DNA of 63,218 nt, filler included, from Octopus bimaculoides (Eukaryota): the NCBI RefSeq assembly GCF_001194135.2. It is 4 parts of 4 records of this genome, joined end to end, with 100 filler letters (N's around TTAATTAATTAA, not from the genome) between each part and the next. Parts side by side here need not be neighbours in the genome. Positions count along the whole stretch, not along the records: positions 1 to 11,338 come from NC_068983.1; positions 11,439 to 30,731 come from NC_068982.1; 2 more parts are not named here. One strand, 5' to 3'. Shown here one piece after another: positions 1 to 11,494 of this stretch; positions within the stretch are counted from its first letter, which is position 1; each line of letters starts with the position of its first letter. The notes under the pieces were generated by a model, which did not search any database, had not been told where the DNA came from, and saw only the letters and a program-made list of their open reading frames with translations. The position numbers were made by a program, and so were the translations under genes.

Positions 1-41
<41 letters not shown>

Positions 42-805
42 TATAATAGTTATAGTGAAGAGAAAAAGAAGAACAAAAGCAACAAATACAAGAACAACAA
101 CAATACCAACCAATTTCATTAAATCACTGTAGAAATGTTTTACGAGGCATTTTAGTGAAGACAGTATTTTTATCCTTTTTTGCGATAAAGCTTAAAATCC
201 TGAAATGAAATATGAAAATATGTCACAAACGTAGCTAATTATCGTCCCCAGCACTGACTTTATTATTGCATAAATCAAGCAAAAACAAGAGAAAATGTCC
301 ATACTGATAACATTAATACGCCAGTATAATATAAATTCGCCGTTTAACTATGTTGTTAATTGGATAAATCTGTACAATTTTGACAGAGACAATGGGATTT
401 ATAATGTCTAAAAATCGAAATGAAGGAATGAAACAATAAGAAAGTTGCAGCATGAAAATGGAATCTGAGATGAATAATGGATTAAATACACGAAGCGTAA
501 TTATCATTGTGCCAAAGATTCAGGATAAAATCGGCATCTTTTAAGCTGACAGCTTCAAATTTATTTGAATCAGGAAAGTATTTTCGTACTGAGGGACTAT
601 GTGCACAAATCATTAATTAAATTTGACTCGTGGATGACTTAAGATGACGAAATTAACTTTGCCCCTTGCCGGGTTCCACCATCACGAAACTAGAAAACGT
701 ATTCTTAACACTTCAAAATTGTTTCAAATCGTCGCTTGAACTTCAAATTCATTAACGATTTTCGATCGCACACAAAATATGCCCTTCTTATATATACACA
801 AACAA

Positions 806-1173
806 GTGTTGTTGTTGGCACTCCGTCGATTATGACGTCGAGGGTTCCAGTTGATCCGATCAACGGAACAGCCTGCTCGTGAAACTAACGTGCAAGTGGC
901 TGAGCACTCCACAGACACGTGTACCCTTTAACGTAGTTCTCGGGCTTATTCAGCGTGATAAGGCTGACCCTTTGAATTACAGGCACGACAGAAACAGGAA
1001 GTAAGAGTGACACAAAGTTGTGGTGGATGAGTACAGCAGGATTCGTCACCATCCCCTGCCGGAGCCTCGTGGAGCTTTTAGCTGTTTTCGCTCAATAAAT
1101 ACTCACAACGCTCGAAACCGCGATTCTATAACCGCGAATCAGCTGCCCTAATCAATGGGCCATTGCGCCTCCA
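806..1173 (-). mobile_element. tRNA-derived SINE (family C here), near full length
   Basis: Minus strand begins with a tRNA-like head (gtggaggcgcaatggcccattgattagggc...) and ends in a LINE-like tail (...gacggagtgcc) followed by (caa)n; GC-richer than the flanks. Confidence 0.65.
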
Positions 1174-1413
1174 CACAAACACATATTTACATATAAACAT
1201 CGATTTGTATGTATTTATGTATTTTAAGGTATTTTGATTCTGGATATCGTAAATCGTTGTGATTATACTCAGCTTCATACACTGCATGGTTATTGTACGT
1301 TTCGTTTTGTGCAAATATATCCTCATTAGCAGAAACCTTCCAAATACGAGTAGAAATATTAGAGACGTCTTTACTCAGACACGATTAATAGATGTATAAT
1401 AATTAGATGAATA

Positions 1414-1591
1414 CAATTAAACCTTGGGAGAGGCATTATGCCGGTAATAAACACACGCACTGGTTCAGTCCTTTATTAATTTATATAGTTTTTTTGTTAA
1501 ATTATTTCATTGCACTCTTGCAATCTCTTCAGTAACTTGTATCTCCACTTCCATTTATTTTGAATATAATGCCTCTCCCAAGGTTTAATTG
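1414..1591. mobile_element. MITE, 178 bp, Tc1/mariner-pogo type (TA target duplication)
   Basis: Perfect 30-bp inverted repeat at 1410-1439 and 1566-1595 (aatacaattaaaccttgggagaggcattat). It parses as TA|CAATTAAACC...GGTTTAATTG|TA, with no coding capacity. Confidence 0.7.
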
Positions 1592-1660
1592 TATTTCTTT
1601 CAACACACGTATCCACATCAAGAATCTTGCACACGAAATACACATACGAAATTAGATGAA

Positions 1661-2058
1661 TGGCTGCGTGGTAAGTAGCTTGCTTACCAACCACGTGGTT
1701 CTGGGTTCAGTCTCACTGCGTGGTACCTTGGGCAAGTTTCTTCTACTATAGTCTCGGGCCGACCAAAGCCTTGTGAGTGGATTTGGCATACGGAAACTGA
1801 AAGAGGCCTGTCGTATATATGTATATTTATATATGTGTGTGTGTATTTGTGTGTCTGAGTTTGTTCCCCCACCATTGCTTGACAACCGATGCTGGCATGT
1901 TTACGTCCTCGTAACTTAGCGGTTCGGCAAAAAGAGACCGATAGAATAAGTACTAGGCTTACAAAGAATAAGTCGTGGGGTCGATTTTCTCGACTAAAGG
2001 CAGTGCTCCAGCATGGCCGCAGTCAAATGACTGAAACAAGTAAAAGAGTAAAAGAGAG
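1661..2058 (+). mobile_element. tRNA-derived SINE family A (CORE-like domain, internal microsatellite), full length
   Basis: A/B-box-like head (tggctgcgtggt...gggttcagtctc), CORE-like accttgggcaagt, central (TA/TG)n, 3' tail gactgaaacaagtaaaagag. About ten homologous copies or fragments occur in the window. Confidence 0.85.
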
Positions 2059-2589
2059 TATATTTGAGTGAATTTAATACGCTTCTTTTATCCTTCATAT
2101 CAATGAGCCAACCAACTACTTCCAAGGAATTAGACCATAAATAGGACAGGTAGATGAGCTTAACTTGGCTATTTGTATGCATTCACATTGCTTAATCTAA
2201 GCCAACAATTTTGCTTCACTAATTGGCATTCTTTTATTTGCTACATAAAATGGCAATTGCAGATAAATTTTGTAATCCTCTAAAACACCTTCCTGAACAC
2301 TTATGCAAGGTAATTTGTTCCTTTCCTAAATACCAAAGAGATGTTTAAAACTAAAATTACACTGCTACCATTTAATCAAACAAACAAAATATCGATCATT
2401 TTCTCGTTACATTATTCTAACATTTCAAAATTTTCCAATAATCAATAGATATTAGATGCATGTATTAAACATATTTTTACTAACATAAATAAGAGGAAAT
2501 TATATTGTTTTATCTTTCTTCTTTTATGCTTCATAAAACCTCGCTTGAAAAGTTCACCGATTGCCATATACGTAGAACACATCTATTTG

Positions 2590-3173
2590 CAAATCTGGCT
2601 ATATTTTGAAAGTTTCTCCATTTCTTTTAAAGAAACGTTGTCATCTGCTAGTATAGATATATCAATTACAAAGCGTTTTTTTCTTCATGATCTCTGACAA
2701 CTATATCTGGCCTATTGGCTTTAGTTTTTCTATATGTGTGTATTGGCATGCCTCAGAGTATGGTTGCTTTTTCGTTTTCTGTGACATTTTCTGGCGTGTG
2801 CCTATACCATCTTTATTCTGTTGTTAGTCCATAATGTTGGCATAGCTTCCAGTGTATGTAGGTCCCAGCTCTGTCGTATCTGTGAAAATATTCCTTCTTA
2901 GCCAGGACTGGGCAGCCAGAGATTATATGATTTATTGTTTCTTGTCCATCTCCACATATTCTACAGTTACTTGTAATGTTTATTTTCATTATATGCTTTT
3001 GGTAATTTCTGGTGGTGAGGCTTGGTCTTGTGCTGCAATTAAAAATCCTTCAGTCTCTGCTTTGAGTCCTGAGCCTCTCAACCGTTGCTGAGATTTTTCT
3101 CTGTCTATTTCTTTTGCATTTAGTTTAGCCCAGTATTTACCATGTAGGGGCTTTTCTTGCCATCGTTTTATCA
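2590..3173 (-). mobile_element. R4/Dong-like non-LTR retrotransposon fragment (CCHC knuckle + restriction-like endonuclease), degraded
   Basis: Minus-strand translation with frameshifts gives WQEKPLHGKYW, CRICGDGQETINHIISGCPVLAKKEY, RPDIVVRD and KLSKY; homologous to 13130-14015. Confidence 0.85.
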
Positions 3174-3526
3174 NNNNNNNNNNNNNNNNNNNNNNNNNNN
3201 NNNNNNNNNNNNNNNNNNNNNNNNNNNNNNNNNNNNNNNNNNNNNNNNNNNNNNNNNNNNNNNNNNNNNNNNNNNNNNNNNNNNNNNNNNNNNNNNNNNN
3301 NNNNNNNNNNNNNNNNNNNNNNNNNNNNNNNNNNNNNNNNNNNNNNNNNNNNNNNNNNNNNNNNNNNNNNNNNNNNNNNNNNNNNNNNNNNNNNNNNNNN
3401 NNNNNNNNNNNNNNNNNNNNNNNNNNNNNNNNNNNNNNNNNNNNNNNNNNNNNNNNNNNNNNNNNNNNNNNNNNNNNNNNNNNNNNNNNTTCTTCTTCTT
3501 CTTCTTCTTCTTCTTCTTCTTCTTCT

Positions 3527-3915
3527 AATTTGTTAGGTAGATTGATTTCTTTTTTGTATTTGTCAGCTTCCTTAAATACTGAAAACAGTTTTTTGTTTTG
3601 CTCGTGTTTTGTGGCTATTTCTATTAGTTTTCCTTGCTTCTGGAGTAGGTACTTTGCAGTCCTATGATGGTCATCTTATAATAGTTTTCCTGCTGTATAA
3701 GGCCTCTACCACCTTCTGTGTGCTGTTTATATAGCCTTTCTATGCCAGATTTTGGGTGGTGCATCCTAGATCCTGTCATTATTTTTCTTGGTTTCCTCTC
3801 TATTTTGGTTAGTTCTTTTAATGTCCAATTAAGGATATTGTAGCTGTAACTTATAACTGTGTCGGTTAAAGTGTTAATACCTATTTTATTGTTTTCAGTA
3901 TTGATCTAACTCGTC
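3527..3915 (-). mobile_element. R4/Dong-like LINE, RT thumb region (likely the same element as 2590-3173 across the gap)
   Basis: Translates to ...ILNWTLKELTKIERKPRKIMTGSRMHHPKSGIERLY...GGRGL..., the thumb motif of R2/R4-type RTs. Confidence 0.75.
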
Positions 3916-3974
3916 TATAGTATTCGTTCTTTATTTTGTCTTTCATTTGTGTGTGTTGTATCCTATCTAGTTAA

Positions 3975-4052
<78 letters not shown>

Positions 4053-4115
4053 TATTATTATTATCATTATTATTATTATTAAAATTACTATTATTATTAT
4101 TATCATTATTATTAT
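3975..4115. repeat. (ATT)n microsatellite
   Basis: Long, nearly pure ATT run. Confidence 0.95.
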
Positions 4116-4569
4116 TCACTCATTCGTGTATTCCATAATAATTGTCATGTATTTACCGTCGTGATAAAAGGTAGTATATCCTAGACGCTGCTTGTGTTTC
4201 ATAGAATTAAAATTTTGTACGATTTCTTTAACATGCTGTATTCCGAAAATAATCCTATGTTGATATAGTAATTTGTTTTCCTTCTTCATTTGAGAATTTT
4301 CTAAGGTTTCTGTCTGGCTGAAATATATCTGTATATGTGAATAAGTATGGTGGATGATTTGTAATAGAACATGCAATAATACATGCTCTATTATAAATGT
4401 CCAAAGATAGCAGCTATAAGGAAACATCGTATTTGCTTTCACAATCATTTATAGGCTTAAGGGCAAATGAGGCTGAAACTTAAGATCACAATCATCCATC
4501 AATAATTCCTCTTTGTGTCTATATTTCCCATAAAATGACAGATACATTATGCATATGGATGCTTATTTA

Positions 4570-4604
<35 letters not shown>

Positions 4605-4608
<4 letters not shown>

Positions 4609-5056
4609 AAATAGTAAATGAGTATATGCATATGTACGTACAGGTATGTGCATATCGACATCCACCTGTATGTATAGGTGCATATCTGGGTACAGGACAT
4701 TGCAAACAAACGTAGACGAGAACACACGAGCCACATAGAGAACATTCTACTTCATCAGCTACCCACGTTTTAACACCGACGTTTCGAAGAGCAGGGCAGG
4801 ACGCATCGTTAAATCGGCTCGTCCCATGGATCGCAGATTAAATTTGTATACGCAAATTAAATCTAGCCATGGAAGAATGTAGTGGCAGACAAAACACAAG
4901 ACAGGAAAACAAACAGAAAAGGCTTTACGGCCAGACGAGAAAAATCATGTGTGTATGAACGCGATGAGGCACGAACCCGAGAGAGACAAAGTGGTGCGTG
5001 CGTTGCTTGGCGAAAGTCAAGGAAGGAAAGGATTATTGACCGGAAGCATGTGACCA
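4605..5056. repeat. Interspersed repeat inserted in (TA)n, possibly Penelope-derived
   Basis: ~450-bp GC-richer block flanked on both sides by (TA)n. The minus strand carries cgaaacgtcgg and ctgatgaag motifs. Class is inferred only. Confidence 0.4.
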
Positions 5057-5619
5057 TATATATATATATAAATATACAGGTTTATGTCATACATGTGTGT
5101 AAATATATATATATATTAATGTGTCATAATTATGTAGGCATATGTATATAAACTGAAAAAAAAAAACAAAAGTAATTTTGTACAGTATAAAATATATACA
5201 AAGTTGGAGATAACTGTTTTACTCATACATTTTCACTCATTGTACTTCAGTCAGGTTGACTTGACGCTCTAATGGTTTTAGTTGATTGAACCAATCCCAG
5301 AATGTATTGTAACTTTGATACATTGCCATCTATATGTATGTTGTCGGACAGTTTATCGACGGAGATGTAAGCAAGCCAACACTAGATTTCAAGGAATAAG
5401 ACTCAAAATCGACAATTCATATTCATACAATCTCAGATAGCCACCCACGCACCCACTCACAAACATCTGTACATACATGCGTACGTAGCTATATACATGC
5501 AAGCATTTCCTTCGTGTTGGCAACGAAATTATCTTAATTCCGGCGACAAAATATCAAATGGATATATACTAGGGTCTGTAAATGCTAGTGATATTAAAGA
5601 AAGCTATTAATGTAACACG

Positions 5620-5990
5620 TAATTTTTTTCGTTGATGACCTCAAAATTTATGCTACCAATGCTAAAAAACAGCTGGAAGCAATTGCATTTCGGCTGATAT
5701 AAGAATATTCACATTTTATTGTTGAACGTGTAAAATCAGTCAGACTCAAACCGATGGATAAATGGAAGACAGAATATTGTACCAGAAAAATATGGCATTC
5801 GGGACATTCTTGCAAAGATACAATATCTCACAAAGCATTTGCAGTACCTGTGTTGATTCCATCATTTGTGATACTTAGCTGATCTGTAAAGAAATCCATT
5901 TCATACACATTAAAACTCGTAAGATCCTGACATCAACTGGAAATCTCAACAGAAATAGTAATATAAGAGGCTCTACCTACGAAGAAGTAG
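5620..5990 (+). mobile_element. Highly degraded R4/Dong-like RT fragment
   Basis: FVDDLK (catalytic YxDD-like), FAVPVLIPSF and KTRKILTSTG motifs across frameshifts. Confidence 0.55.
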
Positions 5991-6759
5991 GGCTTTTTAT
6001 ATTGGGATTATTTTAAATATAACCCCAGTGTAATCGGTAGAGCTGTACGCACGTCAAATTTTATGAAGACAATTCGTGTATAGTTCTGCAAATTATATTG
6101 ATTTTAGAACGATTGTGCTGAAGAACTACGGATGATTTTACGTAATTTAAAGAGTTGATGGCGAAACCGGTACACAAATAATTCTTTATTTTTTTATATA
6201 TTTTTCATTTTGTTTTGCCCGCCTAAGCTCTGGTATNNNNNNNNNNNNNNNNNNNNNNNNNNNNNNNNNNNNNNNNNNNNNNNNNNNNNNNNNNNNNNNN
6301 NNNNNNNNNNNNNNNNNNNNNNNNNNNNNNNNNNNNNNNNNNNNNNNNNNNNNNNNNNNNNNNNNNNNNNNNNNNNNNNNNNNNNNNNNNNNNNNNNNNN
6401 NNNNNNNNNNNNNNNNNNNNNNNNNNNNNNNNNNNNNNNNNNNNNNNNNNNNNNNNNNNNNNNNNNNNNNNNNNNNNNNNNNNNNNNNNNNNNNNNNNNN
6501 NNNNNNNNNNNNTGTTGGAAATGTTCTTCAGTACGTGTATCAAACCTCCTATTTTCTTATGTCGGCTACGGCCGAGTGGTACCACCTTGCAATAGCAGTT
6601 TTAACGCAACCATAACCCGAAAAAGGCTATATATCAAATCAAACATAGCAAAAGAAGAAGCAAGCAAGTGTGGAAATAATAGACATAGAACGATAGTGAA
6701 AGTAACCATATAGTAGAAACAGATGAAATGATATCTAGTAACAAACCAAAAAGACCCAT

Positions 6760-6965
6760 TAAAAGAAATTGTAAAATAATGACTGATGACATTATTTGGT
6801 TTAACCCAATTTTCAATTTACAAGTAACCACCCATCACAAAAAAAAATGTCAGGAATTCTTCTTCGCGTTAGACAAGCACTTCCATAAATCTAGCATACA
6901 TCACAAAATCATTCACACGCATAAATCGAAATTACCATATGCGACATCACACAGTCTAGAATACT
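6760..6965 (+). mobile_element. Penelope-like element ORF fragment (post-RT linker)
   Basis: IIWFNPIFNLQVTT...FFFALDKHFHK...KIIHTHKSKLPYA resembles the IIWFNPP...LIDKHF...KIFN...K.SYS block I associate with PLE ORFs. Confidence 0.55.
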
Positions 6966-7049
6966 AAATACACAGATTGAATAATATAAACTCGATAAAA
7001 TAAAACTTCTGCAGGCTTACTGAAAAACTCGCAGATTCTGTACATTATC

Positions 7050-7660
7050 TACATTATTTACATTGGACGGATATTGTTTGTTGTTACCACGACATTTCGT
7101 TGATTTACTGTCTATTCTTCGTCAGGTGTCCTGGTAGAATTTTGAACCCAACCGTGGGTTCTCATTCTATATTGGGTATAGCTGATCATGTATGGAAAAA
7201 TGGAAACCACCTCCCACTGTCGGATGAAGTTAAAATAATTGACAGAGAACACCACTGGAAAATACGAAAACTAAAATAGGCAACACATATGCTAGGATAC
7301 AATGACCTCCGAAGCAGATCTAGTGGAGATATGAGTAGAATATGGGAAACGGTATTAAGGAAGTTTACAAAAATATTAGGTTTATAAACCCTAAAATTCA
7401 CTATATAATTACCCACGGGCATATAGCGTAATGGTTAAGAGAACGGGATAGTAACCCCAAGATCGCGAGTTCAACTGCAGGCAGTGCCTTAAATAACTGA
7501 TAAAAATAATGATAACATCAGAAAAAAATAAACTTAGGAATGAGTAACAAGGTTGGGCTCAAAATTCTACCAGGACACCCAATGAAAGCTGGAGGGGAAA
7601 TCAGCCGAAACGCTGGGGTAATAACAAACAAGATGAGGACATATCTGTCAAATATAAGTA
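7050..7660 (+). mobile_element. Penelope-like element: GIY-YIG C-terminus flanked by inverted terminal segments, with an internal tRNA-like head
   Basis: 7175-7370 reads IADHVWKNGNHLPLSDEVKIIDREHHWKIRKLK*ATHMLG. Segments 7050-7168 and 7537-7660 are inverted copies sharing ggttggg(c/t)tcaaaattctaccaggacacc. An A-box-like tagcgtaatgg lies near 7424. Confidence 0.7.
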
Positions 7661-8314
7661 AAGTTTAGCATCATCAGGCACTTCTCACTCACCTTTATCA
7701 TTACCATTCACTTTGTTTCTTTCCATCACCTTTCATTCTCCCATACCAAATACAATGAAACTTTTGCTGGCTGACAATTCATAAATATTTGTCAATTATA
7801 CATTTGTTGTTTCCAAATTTAATGGCATATCGCCTGTTGAAATAAACGCATGAGATCTACATGCACTCCAAGGGGATTAAAGATTGTACTATGATCATGC
7901 CAGAAATGCGTACTATCATTACAAGAAAGATGTGACTTGTGAAAATGCGTGTGCCATTGATTTATTAATAAATCCCTTACCTGAATTACTATTATTATTA
8001 TTATTACTATATATATATGGCATTCGGGACATTCTTGCAAAGATACAATATCTCACAAAGCATTTGCAGTACCTTTGTTGATTCCAACCACTGAGCCGTG
8101 CGCCTTCACACACAAAAACACACACGCACACACATACACACACACATACACGCACACACAAACACACACACACACACAAAATCACACACACACAAACACA
8201 CACACACATATATATATATGTGTGTGTGTGTGTGTGTTTGTGTGTGTGTGATTGTGTGTGTGTGTGTGTGTGTTTGTGTGTGCGTGTATGTGTGTCTGTG
8301 TTTTTGTGTGTGAA

Positions 8315-8646
8315 GGCGCACGGCTCAGTGGTTAGAGCGTGGAGCCTACGATCGTGAGTTTTGTGAGTTCGAATCCCAGACCGGGTTGTGTGTTGTGTCC
8401 TTGAGCAAGACACTTTATTTCATGTTGCTCCAGTTCACTCAGCTGTAGAAATGAGTTGCGACGTCACTGGTGCCAAGCTGTATTGGCCTTTGCCTTTCCC
8501 TTGGAGAACATCGGTGGCGCGGAGAGAGGAGGCTGGTATGAATGGGCGACTCCTTGTCTTCTATAAACACCCTTGCCCGGACTTGTGACTAGGAGGGTAA
8601 CTTTCGAGGTACAATCCCATGGTCAGTCATCACTGAAGGCGGTCTC
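8315..8646 (+). mobile_element. tRNA-derived SINE (family D here)
   Basis: A box cggctcagtgg, B box gagttcgaatccc, then gtgtccttgagcaagacacttt and a non-tRNA body. Related reverse copies lie at ~30300-30520 and ~54160-54445. Confidence 0.8.
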
Positions 8647-10128
8647 AGCAGTATATATACATACATGTATATATTACCTTTTGTTCTTTACATATTTCAA
8701 TCATTAGTCTGTGGTCATGCTATGGCAACGCCTTGTTATAGAGACTACAAATTTCAGTCTCTCTCCCCCGATATCGCATTATTTTAGGTTTGAAGATGCG
8801 CGGGACTGTAAACACGCTACGAGCCCCTGAATTCTATTGTTACAAAAAATAAATAAAGGAACTTACACGATATCCATTTATTGCATCTTTATTCCTAATA
8901 CTTCCAGGCTAATTAGGACACAAGATATTCAAATCAATGTAGTATATATCATAGGAGAATAACTACTAACTTTGAAAGCAACAATGTTTTCAACACACTT
9001 AGCTCTTTGATGAACAGTATTTTGGAAGAATGATGTTTCGACATGTGTCAACCATGATCACGTAGACCAAAACACTGGCTTTCTCTATACTTTCAGCGAA
9101 GAAAAAGTTTTCTGGTTGTTGCTTATATATGCCATGCGTCTAAACTTGAATGGATATATTAAGAATAAAAAATGCAAATTCAGGATGCTCTGTATGGTGT
9201 AAATAATATTTCTTGACAGTTCACAGATATTAAACTTTCGCTGAAAGTTTAAACAAAGCAAGCGGCTTGGTTTAGGTTAAAAAATCCGATTCCATTAACT
9301 GACGAGACACATGTCCCAGAAACCCGTATGTTAATGAGAAGAGTGTCGAATACACGGTCATACTAAAAGTTATTCTTCCATGACATACACGATAGAGAAC
9401 TGCACAGTCCGCGTGCGAACCTTCTTAGATGTATCAAGAAAGAGTATGCAAAGTAATCGTTTCAGATCTTTGGAAATATTGACTTTCCATATGAGAATAT
9501 TCTGTTAGTAACAAGTGAACAAAGAAAAGTACTTGTATTTTCTATTATTTCCACAAAAAATAAAAATGTTTTTTATGCGGTTATGTATGTAACTATATAC
9601 ACACAGACACAGACATACACATATACACACTCACGTATACACACACACACACACATACAGACATATAGATAAATTGTGCATGTAACTATGTACTTCAGTT
9701 GCTTTCACACCTAACACTATCTCGATTTCTGTTTATTTATGTGTACGTCTGTGGTGTGTTTATGCGTCTGTCGCAACACATATCTAAACTTGTTTCGGCA
9801 ATTATCAGCTAATCAGACTTAGTAACATACTTTGTCTAGGTTTCGTAACAGAATATTATTGTCGAAAGAAAATACTTTACAGACAAATAAGAAACCGTAA
9901 AATGTAGCTTACCAAATGGACGCCTCTCAAGAAATAATACATTCTCTGGAAGATTATGTGAAGCAACACGAAACAATAGTAAAAATGATCAATGCACATG
10001 GTATATATATATAACTCTATTTGTGAAGTGTTTAGTTTTTTTCTTTCATTGATAAATATTTTCATCGAAGGAGACTTAGGCTCACACAAACAACGCACAT
10101 AAAGATATAAGACCATTAATACTTACGT

Positions 10129-10163
<35 letters not shown>

Positions 10164-10237
10164 NNNNNNNNNNNNNNNNNNNNNNNNNNNNNNNNNNNNN
10201 NNNNNNNNNNNNNNNNNNNNNNNNNNNNNNNNNNNNN

Positions 10238-10276
<39 letters not shown>

Positions 10277-10585
10277 AGAGAAACTTATGAAATGCTATGA
10301 TATTTTGTGAAATAGTTTCTTTCAGACACTAAAAGGATAATGGTAAAAACTAGCAAGCAAACAGCTGAATAAAATCACTTGAACGCAAACAAAAACATGT
10401 GTTTCCTTGTCCAGTTATGTTTATATGCTTTGAATTAAAATATTTGGCTCAGTATGCATGGATACACACAAATACTGACACACAGAGAAAAAAATACCTA
10501 CGAACACACACACGTATACAAGCATGTATACATACATTCATACATACATACATCCATACATACATACATACACACGTACATAGAT

Positions 10586-10641
<56 letters not shown>

Positions 10642-10899
10642 TATCAGCATGTCTGTCTCTCTATGTTTCTCAGTTTCTTACTTGATGTTCTAATCTTCTT
10701 TCTGTTTTTTGTTCTCATTTTTAGATGTAAAATGGATTATCTCCAGTCATCCTTCATGGAGAAAGTTTAGCGATTTCCTTTCATGTGGGATCAGGAAAGA
10801 TATTCTTTATTAATTTAGGTTTACGAAATTGTAAAGATAATAAAGGAAAATATATGCAGCAGTATAGCTGAAGAAGTAAAAATAGAGTAGAATATCAAT

Positions 10900-11115
10900 A
10901 ATTATAATCCTTTCTACTGGAGGCACTATGCCTCATATTTGGTGGTGGCGGGGATTAAGTCGACACCAGTGCGTAACTTTTACTTATTTAATCGTTCCCG
11001 AAAGGATGAAATGCAATGTCGACTTCGGCGGAATTTGAACTCAGAACGTAGCGGCAGAGGAAATACCGCTAAGCATTTCATCCGGCGTGCTAGAACGATT
11101 CTGATAGCTCACCCA
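10900..11115 (-). mobile_element. tRNA-derived SINE family B
   Basis: Reverse complement of the family-B consensus (ttctgagttcaaattccgccgaagtcgac...ttcatcctttcggg). Confidence 0.75.
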
Positions 11116-11147
11116 CCCAAAAAAAAACAAAAAATAAAATAATAATA

Positions 11148-11213
<66 letters not shown>

Positions 11214-11214
11214 G

Positions 11215-11338
11215 ACCTACCAAAAACTGAGCAAATATAAAGATCTTGAAATAGAAATTAGCAAAATGTGGAATCTGAAGACGAAAACAATACCTATTGT
11301 CATAGGTGCCCTGGGAATGACAGCGAAACGGGCTGATT
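11215..11338 (+). mobile_element. 5'-truncated R4/Dong-like LINE fragment directly after (TAA)n
   Basis: KLSKYKDLEIEISKMWNLKTKTIPIVIGALGM (RLE C-terminus); (TAA)n at 11138-11213 abuts its 5' end. Confidence 0.85.
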
Positions 11339-11382
11339 NNNNNNNNNNNNNNNNNNNNNNNNNNNNNNNNNNNNNNNNNNNN

Positions 11383-11394
11383 TTAATTAATTAA
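11383..11394. other. Assembly linker TTAATTAATTAA in a 44N+12+44N gap (also at 30776-30787 and 53277-53288)
   Basis: Identical 12-mer with exactly 44 N on each side (100 bp total) at all three sites; it has stop codons in all six frames. Confidence 0.9.
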
Positions 11395-11494
11395 NNNNNN
11401 NNNNNNNNNNNNNNNNNNNNNNNNNNNNNNNNNNNNNNACAGCCAGTCAGTAGACGCATGGGGGTGACGGACATCTTTTATCGCTTATTCTTTA

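Noticed and set aside
6100-6180. ctgaaga...ggcgaaaccgg as a hammerhead ribozyme
   Set aside because: No clean stem II joins the two core segments.
8315-8390. tRNA genes (also the heads at ~1661, ~7415 and other SINE starts)
   Set aside because: A/B boxes are present, but there is no complete cloverleaf or acceptor stem, and each continues into a multi-copy SINE body.
7919-8413. ORFs rich in HT/CV/YI/LS/ER/poly-I, L, K, R or S throughout the window
   Set aside because: Translations of di- and trinucleotide microsatellites; no domain content.
9230-9252. 10-bp perfect hairpin ttaaactttc-gct-gaaagtttaa
   Set aside because: AT-rich stems of this length are expected several times by chance in 63 kb.
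11339-11438. TTAATTAATTAA islands inside gaps (also 30732-30831 and 53233-53332) as a biological motif or PacI/homeobox site
   Set aside because: Exactly 44N+12+44N = 100 bp at all three sites, with stops in six frames: a synthetic scaffolding linker.
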